A DNA stretch of 39,759 nucleotides from Patescibacteria group bacterium (GTDB taxonomy: Bacteria; Patescibacteriota; UBA1384; CAILIB01), in contig JBBQFV010000001.1 of NCBI GenBank assembly GCA_038322405.1, forward strand, positions 1 to 39,759, in the 5' to 3' direction. The translations under genes and the position numbers were made by a program. Below are positions 23,222-32,400 of the stretch, piece after piece; the first letter of the stretch is position 1, and each line of letters opens with the position of its first letter. A model generated the notes under the pieces. The model did no database searches. It was not told the origin of the DNA and worked only from the letters and a program-made list of their open reading frames with translations.

Positions 23222-23803
23222 TTAAGCTTTTGGGGCTTCTTCGCTTGGAGCAGAAATTGCTTCTGACTCCTCTGGTACAACTTCTGGAGCATCGATAGCT
23301 CCTTCCTCAGGAGTAATCTCTGGAGCTTCGATAGGAGCATCTTCAACAGGAGTTTCCGCTTCGATCGCCTCCTGCAGAGTCTCCGCGGTGGTGCCTTCAA
23401 CCGGAAGCTCAATAACGGCGTCTGGCTCTGCCCAGGTCAAAGCGTTCTGAGTTTCGTTCTTAAAGCGCGCGTTCTTCCCCTTGCGGTCACGCATGTAGTA
23501 CAGCTTGGCCCGGGAAACACCGGCGGTTTTGACCCGTTCAACCTTCACAATGTTAGGTGAGTGCAATGGGTAAGTACGTTCAACGCCAATCGAACCGGCG
23601 CCAATCTTGCGCACGGTGAAGGTGCCATCAAGGCCACGGCCGTGCTTTACGGCAATGACTAGGCCCTCGAAAATCTGCACGCGGCTCTTCTCGCCTTCTT
23701 GAATTTTTTGATGTACCCGAATGGTGTCCCCGCTTTTAACGGCTGGTGGGTTTTTCTTACCGTATTTGTCCAGCAACAGCTTGGCTACTTCTGTCTTTAA
23801 CAT
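23222..23803 (-). CDS. rplS: 50S ribosomal protein L19 with an acidic C-terminal extension of about 75 aa
   Basis: The L19 core reads [62 protein letters not shown]...RAKLYYMR. An E/P/A-rich tail follows. Confidence 0.92.
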   Translation of the reverse strand: MLKTEVAKLLLDKYGKKNPPAVKSGDTIRVHQKIQEGEKSRVQIFEGLVIAVKHGRGLDGTFTVRKIGAGSIGVERTYPLHSPNIVKVERVKTAGVSRAKLYYMRDRKGKNARFKNETQNALTWAEPDAVIELPVEGTTAETLQEAIEAETPVEDAPIEAPEITPEEGAIDAPEVVPEESEAISAPSEEAPKA

Positions 23804-23808
23804 GAGGG

Positions 23809-24090
23809 TTAGTTCTGGGGCTCTACGCTCACAATGCGGGTAGGCCGAAGCTTGCCGGTGAACTTGCGCACCATAATTTTCTTGAACTTCACAATGCCAG
23901 TGACGAGCGCGTAAAGGCTGTCATCTTTGCCACGGCCAACATTGTCACCAGGAGCGAACTTGGTGCCACGTTGCTTGACGATAATATTTCCCGCCTGGGC
24001 GTACTGGTCGCCGAATACCTTGACGCCGAGGCGCTGTGAAGCGCTATCGCGGCCGAGCCTAGTACTACCGGCAGCTTTCTTATGTGCCAT
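23809..24090 (-). CDS. rpmA: 50S ribosomal protein L27
   Basis: [59 protein letters not shown] is the canonical L27 sequence. Confidence 0.95.
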   Translation of the reverse strand: MAHKKAAGSTRLGRDSASQRLGVKVFGDQYAQAGNIIVKQRGTKFAPGDNVGRGKDDSLYALVTGIVKFKKIMVRKFTGKLRPTRIVSVEPQN

Positions 24091-24126
24091 GAGAGATTAA
24101 CTGAACCTGTTTTAGTTCGAGCTGCG

Positions 24127-25338
24127 CTAAGCGCCAGCCCGTATGCTTACTATGTCCCGACGAACCAAAGAGTCCGGCCGGTCGTAGCAAAAGAGTACCT
24201 CAGTACTATAGCCAACCTGATTCAATCTGTCAACGACTCGCTTGAAAACGGCCGCTTCGGTGCCGTCTTGGCAGAGTGCCCGTGGGAAAATGACAATCAT
24301 TTTTTCGGGTTTTTCGGGTGATGTGCTCCAGTACGTAAAGAATTTGAGATATATCTGCACCAGTTCATCCAACCATTCTTCTTTTTCCGATGCCTGCAGC
24401 TTGGCCCGGAGTGGCTTACCCAAATACGGCTCGGTAACAATTACAAATTTATGACCAATCGCTCGGCCTGGTCCTTGAGTGGCATCGGCATGCCAAATAG
24501 ATTCTTCGCTTACCGAAGTACCATATTCAGTATTCAGCCACTGGAGGTTCTCTTTGCTTGCATCTACTTGCTGCTCAAGCAAGTCGGAACCAAGGGCCTT
24601 TATGCCAAGCAAGGCTGCTTCAAGCAAAATGCGGCCGTTGCCACAGAACGGGTCGTACACCGCGAGCGAATGGTCGGTCCCTACTCCCAAGTTAATCAGA
24701 GTTTGAGCCAGCTTTGGCGGCAACATGCCCGATACCGGATCGGGCTTTGGAATAGCAAAGTCGCGAAAGGCATAGTCTTCAATGTCTTGCACGGTGCGCG
24801 AAAGGCCAATCCACCACTCCCCGCGCGTGGCAATGCACACCAGGTCCATGGCCTTGCCAGTTTTACTCGCGTTCCCGCCTACTAGCTTGTTATGAATCAG
24901 TTGAGCGGCCCCTAATTGGCTGTGACCTTCGGCTGGAGTCACAATTCTGACCCCCCGGCCCATTTCGGAAAGAGCCACCTTCAAAGGTTTGGCAATGCGA
25001 AAAGCCGGAGTTGCGGCGGCCTTGTCCGACCAAATATTAATGCCGATAGTAAGTTTGCCCTCTGGCGCAGCCTGTTGCTGCACCAGTAAAGCCGCCGCCG
25101 GAATGAGTTTCTCCCGCGCCACCTGGTTGAACAGCTCGGCAATGCGCACAGTGCCACCAAGCGTTTGCTGCAACAGCTCCAAGCTTTCTAAGGAAACGGG
25201 ATTTTCGGCTTGGGCAAGCAATATTTCCGCATGCAACATTCGTACAGCAACCATCCCAAAATGGGCCGCTACCGCCTCGAATTCGAGTTGGGAAAGCGCT
25301 GGTGTACGGCCAAAGATGACTGCGTAAGAGTGAAGCAT
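24127..25338 (-). CDS. SAM-dependent RNA methyltransferase, UPF0020/Trm11-RlmL-like
   Basis: Motif I is VYDPFCGNGRILLEAALLG and the motif IV region is IVTEPYLG. ATG 25338 is preferred; the listed 550-aa ORF extends antisense into dnaE and that part is spurious. Confidence 0.7.
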   Translation of the reverse strand: MLHSYAVIFGRTPALSQLEFEAVAAHFGMVAVRMLHAEILLAQAENPVSLESLELLQQTLGGTVRIAELFNQVAREKLIPAAALLVQQQAAPEGKLTIGINIWSDKAAATPAFRIAKPLKVALSEMGRGVRIVTPAEGHSQLGAAQLIHNKLVGGNASKTGKAMDLVCIATRGEWWIGLSRTVQDIEDYAFRDFAIPKPDPVSGMLPPKLAQTLINLGVGTDHSLAVYDPFCGNGRILLEAALLGIKALGSDLLEQQVDASKENLQWLNTEYGTSVSEESIWHADATQGPGRAIGHKFVIVTEPYLGKPLRAKLQASEKEEWLDELVQIYLKFFTYWSTSPEKPEKMIVIFPRALCQDGTEAAVFKRVVDRLNQVGYSTEVLFCYDRPDSLVRRDIVSIRAGA

Positions 25339-25515
25339 GTTGAGTATAAAAGAAGCGGTAGGTACACTAAGGTTGTCCAAAGGAAGACATCGATCGGCGT
25401 TTGCACGAACTGTGTGAACGGGCCGCGCAAAAAACTGTGAGAAGCGAATTGGGGCTCGTATCTCGCCAGACTGTACCCTATTTTTCGGAAACTGACCAGG
25501 TTTCTTGGCTCCTTT

Positions 25516-28500
25516 ATGCCCGAATTCGTCCACCTTCACGTTCACTCCATGTATTCGCTGCTCGATGGGTCCACCCAAGTGAGCGGCCTGGTTAAGCGTG
25601 CCAAGGAGCTGGGAATGGACTCCCTTGCCCTCACCGACCACGGGGCAATGTACGGCATTATCGACTTTTACGAGGCTTGTCACAAAGAAGGCATTAAGCC
25701 GATCCTCGGTGTGGAAGCTTACATGGCTAAGCGCAAACACACTGACCACGAAAACAATCTGGACCAAAAGTCCTACCACCAGGTATTGCTGGCCGAAACG
25801 TATGAGGGCTACCTAAACCTCATTAAGCTCATTTCAACCGCTCATTTGGATGGCTTTTACTACAAGCCGCGCATCGACAAAGACCTGCTACGCCAGTACA
25901 GCAAGGGCCTAATCGGCACCTCGAGCTGCTTTAACGGCGAAATCCCCCGCCGGTTGGCCGACAACTGGGACGACGGCGTGGCCGCCCTGCACGAATATTT
26001 GGATATTTTCGGGCGGGAGAATTTTTATATCGAGCTGCAGCACCATCCAAACGACGAAGACGTTATGGAGAGTAACCGGCAGCTGCGCCGGCTGGCCAAG
26101 CAGGAAAACATGCCGGTAATCTGCACCAACGACGTACATTACCTTAACCCTGACGATGCCGAGGCCCAAGACGTGCTAGTCTGCGTCTCATCTGGCAAAA
26201 CGGTAAACGACCCGAACCGCCTCAACATGCTAGGCAGCAACCTAAGCATGAGCAGCCCCGAGGAAATGGCCGAGTGGTTTGCCGATGTGCCTGAGGCCCT
26301 TTCTAACACCGTTGCCCTTGCCGCCCGCTGCAACGTGGAAATTCCGATGGGCGAAAATATCATGCCGGATTATCCAATTCCGGAAGAATTCCAGGTTAGC
26401 GGCCGGCACAAAAAGAAACGGGACAGGTACTACTTACGGGAACTGTGCAACCAGGGAATGTTGAAGCGCTATGGGGAAGCCTACACCTGCGATGACTCGC
26501 GCGACGAAGGCGAACTTTTGGAATCGCCGCTCAACGACCCTGCTATCCCTCTTTTTGAACGCGCCAAGGTACGCCTGGAGTATGAGCTTTCGGTAATCGA
26601 AAAAATGGGCTTTGAATCGTACTTCCTCATTGTGCAGGATTTTCTGAACTGGGCCCGCGAAAACGGCATTCTGGTAGGCGTACGCGGCTCGGCGGCAGGC
26701 TGCATTGTGAGTTACATCATTGGCATATCCAATATTGACCCGCTGCAGTACAACCTCATTTTTGAGCGTTTCCTCAATCCGGAACGTATCTCCATGCCGG
26801 ATATCGATGCCGACTTACAAGACTCTCGCCGCGACGACGTTATCGATTACGTGCGTCGCCGCTACGGCGCCGACCACGTAGCCCAAATCATTACCTTTGG
26901 AACCATGGCTGCCCGCGCCGCCGTGCGGGACGTTGGCCGAGCCCTGGGCGTTTCCTACGCCGAGTGTGACCAAATTGCCAAGATGATTCCCTCCGGCCCT
27001 CAAGGTATGACAATTGGCGAGGCTTTAAAGAATATTCCAGAGTTAAAAGCGCTTTATGACAGCAACGAAGAAATTCAAAAACTGCTCGATGTTGCCACCA
27101 AACTAGAGGGTGTCGCGCGCCACACTTCCATCCATGCCGCGGGGGTCGTGGTAACCCGTGACCCGCTCACGTCCTACGTGCCAATCCAGCGCGCTGCCAA
27201 GGACGAAAACATCATCGTCACCCAGTACGCAATGAACCAGGTTGAGCATATTGGCCTGCTTAAAATGGACTTCCTGGGCCTGGCCAACTTGAACGTGTTG
27301 CAACAGGCCTTGCGGGTAGTGAAAAAGACCCGCGACGTTGACATTGACCTGGACGCTCTCCCCTTAGACGACAAAGCCTCCTACGAATTACTTGCCCGCG
27401 CCGAAAGCACAGGGGTATTCCAGTTGGAGTCATCGGGCATGAAACGGTACTTAAAGGAGCTTAAACCTACCCAGTTTGAAGACATTGTAGCTATGGTAGC
27501 CCTTTACCGTCCAGGCCCTATGGATGCCATCCCCGACTTCATTGAGGCCAAGCACGGGCGCAAAAAGGTTACCTACCTGCACCCAATCCTGGAGCCAATC
27601 CTGAACATGTCCTACGGCGTGATTGTTACCCAGGACCAGGTACTGGAAGTGGCCCGTAAGTTTGCTGGCTTTACCTATGGCCAGGCCGATGTGCTGCGCA
27701 AAGCAGTAGGGAAAAAAATCAAAGCCCTGCTCGACGAACAACGTGACAAATTTATTACCGGTGCAGTAGCTACCAACGGCAACCAAGGCGTTACCACCGC
27801 ACTGGCCCAAAAAGTCTGGGATTTCGTAGAACCATTCGCTCGCTACGGGTTCAACCGCGCCCACGCCGTTTGCTACGCCATGATTGCCTACCAAACGGCC
27901 TATCTCAAAGCCAACTACCCAGTTGAGTTCATGGCCTCCTTGCTCACCGCCGACACTAATAACCTGGACCGCATTGGCATCGAAATTGCCGAATGTAAGG
28001 AAATGGGCATTGAGGTGCTTGCCCCCGACGTAAACGAGTCGTTTATTGAGTTTGGAGCCCTGTACTACAACCCTGAGCACACCACTCCCCAAGATAAAAA
28101 GCATGATTCCTACGTGCGCTTTGGCCTGGGCGGCATTAAGAATGTGGGCATGCAGCCCCCCGCCTTCATTGTGCAAGAACGGCTAGCAAACGGCCCCTTT
28201 GCCGACCTCCCCGACTTTCTGCGCCGCTGCGCGCCTGCCGCCAATAAGAAAGTACTGGAAAACCTGGCTATGGCCGGTGCCCTCGATTCGCTTGGGGAGC
28301 GCAACCAAATTTTGGCCAGCATGGAAAACCTCCTGACCTTTACCAGCCACATCAGCAAGCGCAAAAACTCAACCCAAATCGACCTGTTTGGCGACAGCGA
28401 CGACGGGGCAAAATATGACCTGGAGCTCACTAAGGCTCCGCCCGCCAGCGAAAAGCAGCGCCTGGCTTGGGAGCGGGAACTACTCGGCATTTATATTTCC

Positions 28501-29100
28501 AGTCATCCGCTGGCTCCCTACCTGGCTGGCCTACCTGGCGACCGCCACCAAATTGCCGACCTTGGCTCCCGCCAAGACGGCGAATCGGTACGCATTTGCG
28601 GCGTGGTGACTGCCGTGCGGGTCATCCTCACTAAAAAAGACAGCAAGAGCATGGCCTTTGTACAGCTCGAGGACGAAACAAGTGTCACCGAGGCCATTTT
28701 CTTTCCTAAAACCTGGGCGAGTTGCGGCAAGAGTATTGCCGAGGGTATGGCCCTGTGTGTTGAAGGAAAACTATCGCGTAAAGAAGGCCGTGGTGACGCC
28801 GAAATTCTAGAAACCAAAATTTTAGCCGATAGCTGCAGCCAGCTTTCCGACGCTAAAATGCCCTCCCAAGACCACGCTGACCGGCTTATGGTAGCCGTGC
28901 CCCCAACTGGTGACCGGGGCTTGCTCCAACAGATTAAAGAGGTGTTGGAAAGCTCGCCCGGAAGCCTGCCGGTTAGCCTGTTACTTCCCTCGCTCGATGG
29001 CCAGCAGGAAATGAAAGTCACCCAGCGCGTAAAAATGGCGGATGCCCTGTATGGCCGCCTTGTCTCTTTAGTCGGGCCAGACAATGTGAAGCTCACTTGA
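25516..29100 (+). CDS. dnaE: DNA polymerase III alpha subunit
   Basis: 1194 aa with a PHP-domain start (FVHLHVHSMYSLLDGS). Polymerase core motifs are MPDIDADL and LLKMDFLGL, followed by a C-terminal OB fold. Confidence 0.97.
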   Translation: MPEFVHLHVHSMYSLLDGSTQVSGLVKRAKELGMDSLALTDHGAMYGIIDFYEACHKEGIKPILGVEAYMAKRKHTDHENNLDQKSYHQVLLAETYEGYLNLIKLISTAHLDGFYYKPRIDKDLLRQYSKGLIGTSSCFNGEIPRRLADNWDDGVAALHEYLDIFGRENFYIELQHHPNDEDVMESNRQLRRLAKQENMPVICTNDVHYLNPDDAEAQDVLVCVSSGKTVNDPNRLNMLGSNLSMSSPEEMAEWFADVPEALSNTVALAARCNVEIPMGENIMPDYPIPEEFQVSGRHKKKRDRYYLRELCNQGMLKRYGEAYTCDDSRDEGELLESPLNDPAIPLFERAKVRLEYELSVIEKMGFESYFLIVQDFLNWARENGILVGVRGSAAGCIVSYIIGISNIDPLQYNLIFERFLNPERISMPDIDADLQDSRRDDVIDYVRRRYGADHVAQIITFGTMAARAAVRDVGRALGVSYAECDQIAKMIPSGPQGMTIGEALKNIPELKALYDSNEEIQKLLDVATKLEGVARHTSIHAAGVVVTRDPLTSYVPIQRAAKDENIIVTQYAMNQVEHIGLLKMDFLGLANLNVLQQALRVVKKTRDVDIDLDALPLDDKASYELLARAESTGVFQLESSGMKRYLKELKPTQFEDIVAMVALYRPGPMDAIPDFIEAKHGRKKVTYLHPILEPILNMSYGVIVTQDQVLEVARKFAGFTYGQADVLRKAVGKKIKALLDEQRDKFITGAVATNGNQGVTTALAQKVWDFVEPFARYGFNRAHAVCYAMIAYQTAYLKANYPVEFMASLLTADTNNLDRIGIEIAECKEMGIEVLAPDVNESFIEFGALYYNPEHTTPQDKKHDSYVRFGLGGIKNVGMQPPAFIVQERLANGPFADLPDFLRRCAPAANKKVLENLAMAGALDSLGERNQILASMENLLTFTSHISKRKNSTQIDLFGDSDDGAKYDLELTKAPPASEKQRLAWERELLGIYISSHPLAPYLAGLPGDRHQIADLGSRQDGESVRICGVVTAVRVILTKKDSKSMAFVQLEDETSVTEAIFFPKTWASCGKSIAEGMALCVEGKLSRKEGRGDAEILETKILADSCSQLSDAKMPSQDHADRLMVAVPPTGDRGLLQQIKEVLESSPGSLPVSLLLPSLDGQQEMKVTQRVKMADALYGRLVSLVGPDNVKLT

Positions 29101-29155
29101 CAACCTTTTTAGGGAGGAATAGCATTTAGTCATAATATCGGCTCCCTCCTCCCTT

Positions 29156-29186
29156 AACCCCGCCGTCCTGGTGGGGTTCTTTTTTT
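29156..29186 (+). terminator. rho-independent terminator after dnaE
   Basis: aaccccgcc-gtcct-ggtggggtt, followed by c and seven T. Confidence 0.65.
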
Positions 29187-29361
29187 AAAAAATATTGACA
29201 GTCCTCAATTAACGGCCTGATCTTGAAATGTTTCGAAAGGTTGTTGAAGTAAGCAGAATAAGCCTAGAACTGCGCAAATCTCTTCCTAAAGACCCCGCCA
29301 ACCGGCTGGGTCTATTCTTTGTCCTCGCCACCCAGTAGAATAAGCGCATAATCACTCCCTC

Positions 29362-29709
29362 ATGCCTACCTACAACAAGCTGGTGCGCGACAAAATTCCG
29401 GCTATCATTCAAGAAAAAGAAGGAATTGCGCCCCAAACTCGCCACCTGGAATCCTGGGAATTAGCCGACGCCCTATGCGCCAAGCTGCAAGAGGAAGTTG
29501 GCGAATTCCTAGCCGACCGCTCCCTGGCCGAACTTGCGGATATTGCCGAGGTTATCCGCTCGATTGCCGTGCATGTCTGCAAGGCATCGGCAGAAGAGTT
29601 AGAAGAAGTGCGCATTGGCAAAGCCGAGGCGCGGGGCGGATTTGACGAGGGTATTTGGCTTCAGGAAGGGCCTGAACAGTCCCCGGAACCAGAACCTACT
29701 CCGCAGTAA
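29362..29709 (+). CDS. MazG-like nucleoside triphosphate pyrophosphohydrolase (small, all-alpha)
   Basis: MPTYNKLVRDKIPAII...LQEEVGEFL...ELADIAEVIRSI...KAEARGGF is typical of the phosphoribosyl-ATP-PPase-like / MazG family. Confidence 0.8.
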   Translation: MPTYNKLVRDKIPAIIQEKEGIAPQTRHLESWELADALCAKLQEEVGEFLADRSLAELADIAEVIRSIAVHVCKASAEELEEVRIGKAEARGGFDEGIWLQEGPEQSPEPEPTPQ

Positions 29710-30175
29710 GCGAGTTCTGAATTTCTTGCTGCACATCGAACGGATCGGGCACGTCTTTAATGTAGATACTTGATTCGGCATCGCCGGTGTTCACAATTAC
29801 CGTGCCGTAGCCAAACAAGGTCTGCCCAATTCCCTCTACTTTGTGCGAAACTTGGACAACCATTTGCAGCGGGGCCTCAAGAAACTCCCGTTTAAAAAGG
29901 CCTTTTTGATAGAAAAAACCGACTCGCTCGGTACTTACAATGAGCAGCGTGTTACGCCAACGGTAAAGCGCAATAAGCACTTCGATAACGGCAAGCACTG
30001 GCCCGCTAATGAGCAATACGCCTAGGATTAACCCGTTACTCAAAAAGGCGAAGGCCCCTAAAGAGAGGAGCAAAAACAACCCGGCGAGCAAAAATGACGG
30101 CAGGAGGACAATTGGGTGTTGATGGCTTACCAACCGGACTGACTCACTCGGCCGCTGGCCGTTGAAGTGCATCAT
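29696..30175 (-). CDS. bacterial PH-domain (YdbS/bPH_2-like) membrane protein
   Basis: Two TM helices followed by WRNTLLIVSTERVGFFYQKGLFKREFLEAPL...GTVIVNT. Confidence 0.75.
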   Translation of the reverse strand: MMHFNGQRPSESVRLVSHQHPIVLLPSFLLAGLFLLLSLGAFAFLSNGLILGVLLISGPVLAVIEVLIALYRWRNTLLIVSTERVGFFYQKGLFKREFLEAPLQMVVQVSHKVEGIGQTLFGYGTVIVNTGDAESSIYIKDVPDPFDVQQEIQNSLTAE

Positions 30176-30662
30176 TGGCAGGAGTTGGGTCGGTATATGG
30201 AGCAGGGTCGGCTACACCGTTACGTGGGACCGAAAGTACGTACTGCTTAATTTTTTCGATCACGGCAATTGGCAGCATTTCACCTTTGGTAATGTAATCG
30301 GCGGCACCCATTTGAAGGCCGCGGGCTTGGTCATCGACATCGGCGAGGGCGGACACAATGATGACAGGAATATTACGGGTGTCGGCGTCTTGTTTAATGT
30401 GCGCCAGCACGTCGTACCCGGAAAGCCGGGGAAGCATGAGGTCGAGCAGCACTAGCTTAATCTCGGGATGGGAATCCATTTTGTCGATGGCCTGCATGCC
30501 ATCGAAGGCCTGGATTACCGTGAAGCCAGCTTGAATGAAGCGTTCAAAATAGAGTTCTTGCAGAATTTTGTCATCTTCAACCAGCAAAATAGTAATGTCT
30601 TGCAGGGCAGGGTCGGGAGCGGCGGCAACGCCGGGCAAGTTGAGGGGCTGGGTTGTATCCAT
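30144..30662 (-). CDS. single-domain CheY-like response regulator receiver
   Basis: ILLVEDD...LVLLDLMLPRLSGYDVL...PVIIVSA...GAADYITKG. There is no output domain. It overlaps the PH-domain gene by 32 nt. Confidence 0.88.
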   Translation of the reverse strand: MDTTQPLNLPGVAAAPDPALQDITILLVEDDKILQELYFERFIQAGFTVIQAFDGMQAIDKMDSHPEIKLVLLDLMLPRLSGYDVLAHIKQDADTRNIPVIIVSALADVDDQARGLQMGAADYITKGEMLPIAVIEKIKQYVLSVPRNGVADPAPYTDPTPANDALQRPAAE

Positions 30663-30671
30663 AGCTCTATC

Positions 30672-31745
30672 TTAAGCCCGATCGGCCCTTTTCTCAAGGA
30701 GATAGGTCAGCCAGATAAAGATCAGCATACTTATGATTAGGACCCCAATCAGCAGGGCCTTTTCGCTCGCCTGCTGAGTACCAAGGGCAAAGACCCCAAA
30801 AATAACTGCAAACAGGCTGGTTACAAACACCACTACAGGGGGCTTGAAGCCTATTTTAAGCAACCGGTGATGCAAGTGGCGCTGATCTGCCTTGAACGGG
30901 CTTTCGTGCGCTGCAAGGCGCCTGAGCACCACAATGAAGGCATCGAAAAGCGGGATGCCAAGCACCAACACGGCAGTAGCTACTTTGGCGCCTGAAACTA
31001 CCGCTACGGTACCCAGTAAAAAGCCAAGCAATTGAGAGCCAACGGTCCCCATGAACAGCTTCGACGGATACCAGTTCCAGGGCAAAAAGCCTGCAGTAAT
31101 TCCGGCAATGATTACACATAACGTCGCCGCCCCCATGAAGCCGAGCTTAAGAGAAACCAACAATAAAATGATTGAGGCAGTGAAGGAAAGGCTGCCCGCC
31201 AGGCCATCTAACCCGTCAAACAGGTTTATGGCGTTGATCATTACCATAATCCAAGCCACCACAAAGAGGGCCGACCAGGCTGGGTTAATGGCTACCTGGC
31301 CCGCAAACGGCAGGCGCAGATACTCAACACGTAGCCCGCTCATAACAAGCGCGGCACCTGCTAAAAATTGGCCAAACACCTGAAAGAGCGGGCTGAGGCC
31401 AATCAGGTCATCGATCAAGCCGAATATAAGGACAATACCCAGGCCAGCAAAAATACCCCGCAATACCCCAGGTGCAAAGGAGAGTAATCCACTACGGTTC
31501 CCCGTCATAATAATGACCACCGCAAGGATAGCCACCAGCCACATGGCCACTCCCCCTACCCGAGGCTTGCGCTCGGTATGCACGTCCCGGTTCCTAATTG
31601 CCGGCAGTAGTTGCCAGCGGGTAGCAAGCGCATAGAAGGCGCCGGTCACAATATTGGCACCAAGAAGGATAGCTAGGAATATCTTCCAAGCCCCTGGGAA
31701 ACTGGCGAGAATGCCGAAACCGCTGGGTTCGGCCATAGGGTGCAC
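30672..31745 (-). CDS. glycosyltransferase family 4 polyprenyl-phosphate sugar-1-phosphate transferase (WecA/MraY family)
   Basis: 357 aa, polytopic, with the NAINLFDGLDGLAG motif and HHRLL near the C-terminus. Confidence 0.88.
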   Translation of the reverse strand: MHPMAEPSGFGILASFPGAWKIFLAILLGANIVTGAFYALATRWQLLPAIRNRDVHTERKPRVGGVAMWLVAILAVVIIMTGNRSGLLSFAPGVLRGIFAGLGIVLIFGLIDDLIGLSPLFQVFGQFLAGAALVMSGLRVEYLRLPFAGQVAINPAWSALFVVAWIMVMINAINLFDGLDGLAGSLSFTASIILLLVSLKLGFMGAATLCVIIAGITAGFLPWNWYPSKLFMGTVGSQLLGFLLGTVAVVSGAKVATAVLVLGIPLFDAFIVVLRRLAAHESPFKADQRHLHHRLLKIGFKPPVVVFVTSLFAVIFGVFALGTQQASEKALLIGVLIISMLIFIWLTYLLEKRADRA

Positions 31746-32384
31746 TTACTGCTGGTGACGCTTGTCTCCAAACATAATGACATGATCTGCCCTGTCGTAG
31801 TCCAGTAGGTCATCTTCTTCGAACCAGTGAGCAATCTCCTTCGCCGCTTCTTCAGGTAATTCCGAAGCGTGTACTAGGTTAAAAATACTACGGTTTTCGA
31901 TGTTGGCGGCAGTTGGCGCATCGTGGGCAAAGTCCCCGCGAATGGTGCCTGGATCGGCAAAGACTGGCAAGGTAGCACCTACAATTTTACGCACTACCGA
32001 GACGGCGTGCAGGCCTTCAATTACCATTGGCACAACTGGGCCCATGGTGATGAATTCAATCAAGGCCTTGCGTACTGCCTTGCCAATTTCGAGTGGATCG
32101 TTGGTGCCCATTTCCTTTTTAGGGTCGAGGCCGTATTCCGCAAAGGTCTTGAGGCCTTTGCCGCCAAGGCGGACAAGCCATTCCTCGTCTTTAGGGTAAA
32201 AGTCATTAGCCTGTTCAAAGGTGGCATGCACCATTTTAAGGGCCACTATCTTGAGGCCGCGCTGCTCAAAACGCTTGATAATTTCCCCTATCAGGCCGCG
32301 CATAACGCCATCTGGCTTAACCATGGCGAAGGTCTTCTCGGTAGCCAGGTGATGGGTTTTGTACTTTGAGGTAAGTTTTGGCAT
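31746..32384 (-). CDS. ndk: nucleoside diphosphate kinase, long form with an internal insertion
   Basis: EKTFAMVKPDGV...GTIRGDFA...NLVHASE (catalytic His). ATG 32384 is preferred because the longer listed ORF overlaps the M16 peptidase gene. Confidence 0.88.
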   Translation of the reverse strand: MPKLTSKYKTHHLATEKTFAMVKPDGVMRGLIGEIIKRFEQRGLKIVALKMVHATFEQANDFYPKDEEWLVRLGGKGLKTFAEYGLDPKKEMGTNDPLEIGKAVRKALIEFITMGPVVPMVIEGLHAVSVVRKIVGATLPVFADPGTIRGDFAHDAPTAANIENRSIFNLVHASELPEEAAKEIAHWFEEDDLLDYDRADHVIMFGDKRHQQ

Positions 32385-32400
32385 AATTTTGTAATTATTC

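Noticed and set aside
23212-23412. Lys/Leu/Arg-rich 66-aa ORF, plus many other 60-240-aa ORFs antisense to or overlapping dnaE, secA, serS, gltX, the dipZ-like gene and the M16 peptidase gene
   Set aside because: They lie inside strongly supported genes in alternative frames or on the opposite strand. They have low-complexity or non-protein-like composition and no SD, so they are typical shadow ORFs.
25339-25779. N-terminal 147 aa of the listed 550-aa minus ORF (24127-25779)
   Set aside because: This part is antisense to the start of dnaE and crosses the divergent intergenic region. The methyltransferase similarity begins at ATG 25338.
25516-29100. UGA recoding (code 4/25), as seen in some reduced-genome lineages
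   Set aside because: dnaE, gltX and yraN end in TGA at the expected lengths. The long conserved ORFs (dnaE, secA, serS, gltX) are uninterrupted under the standard code.
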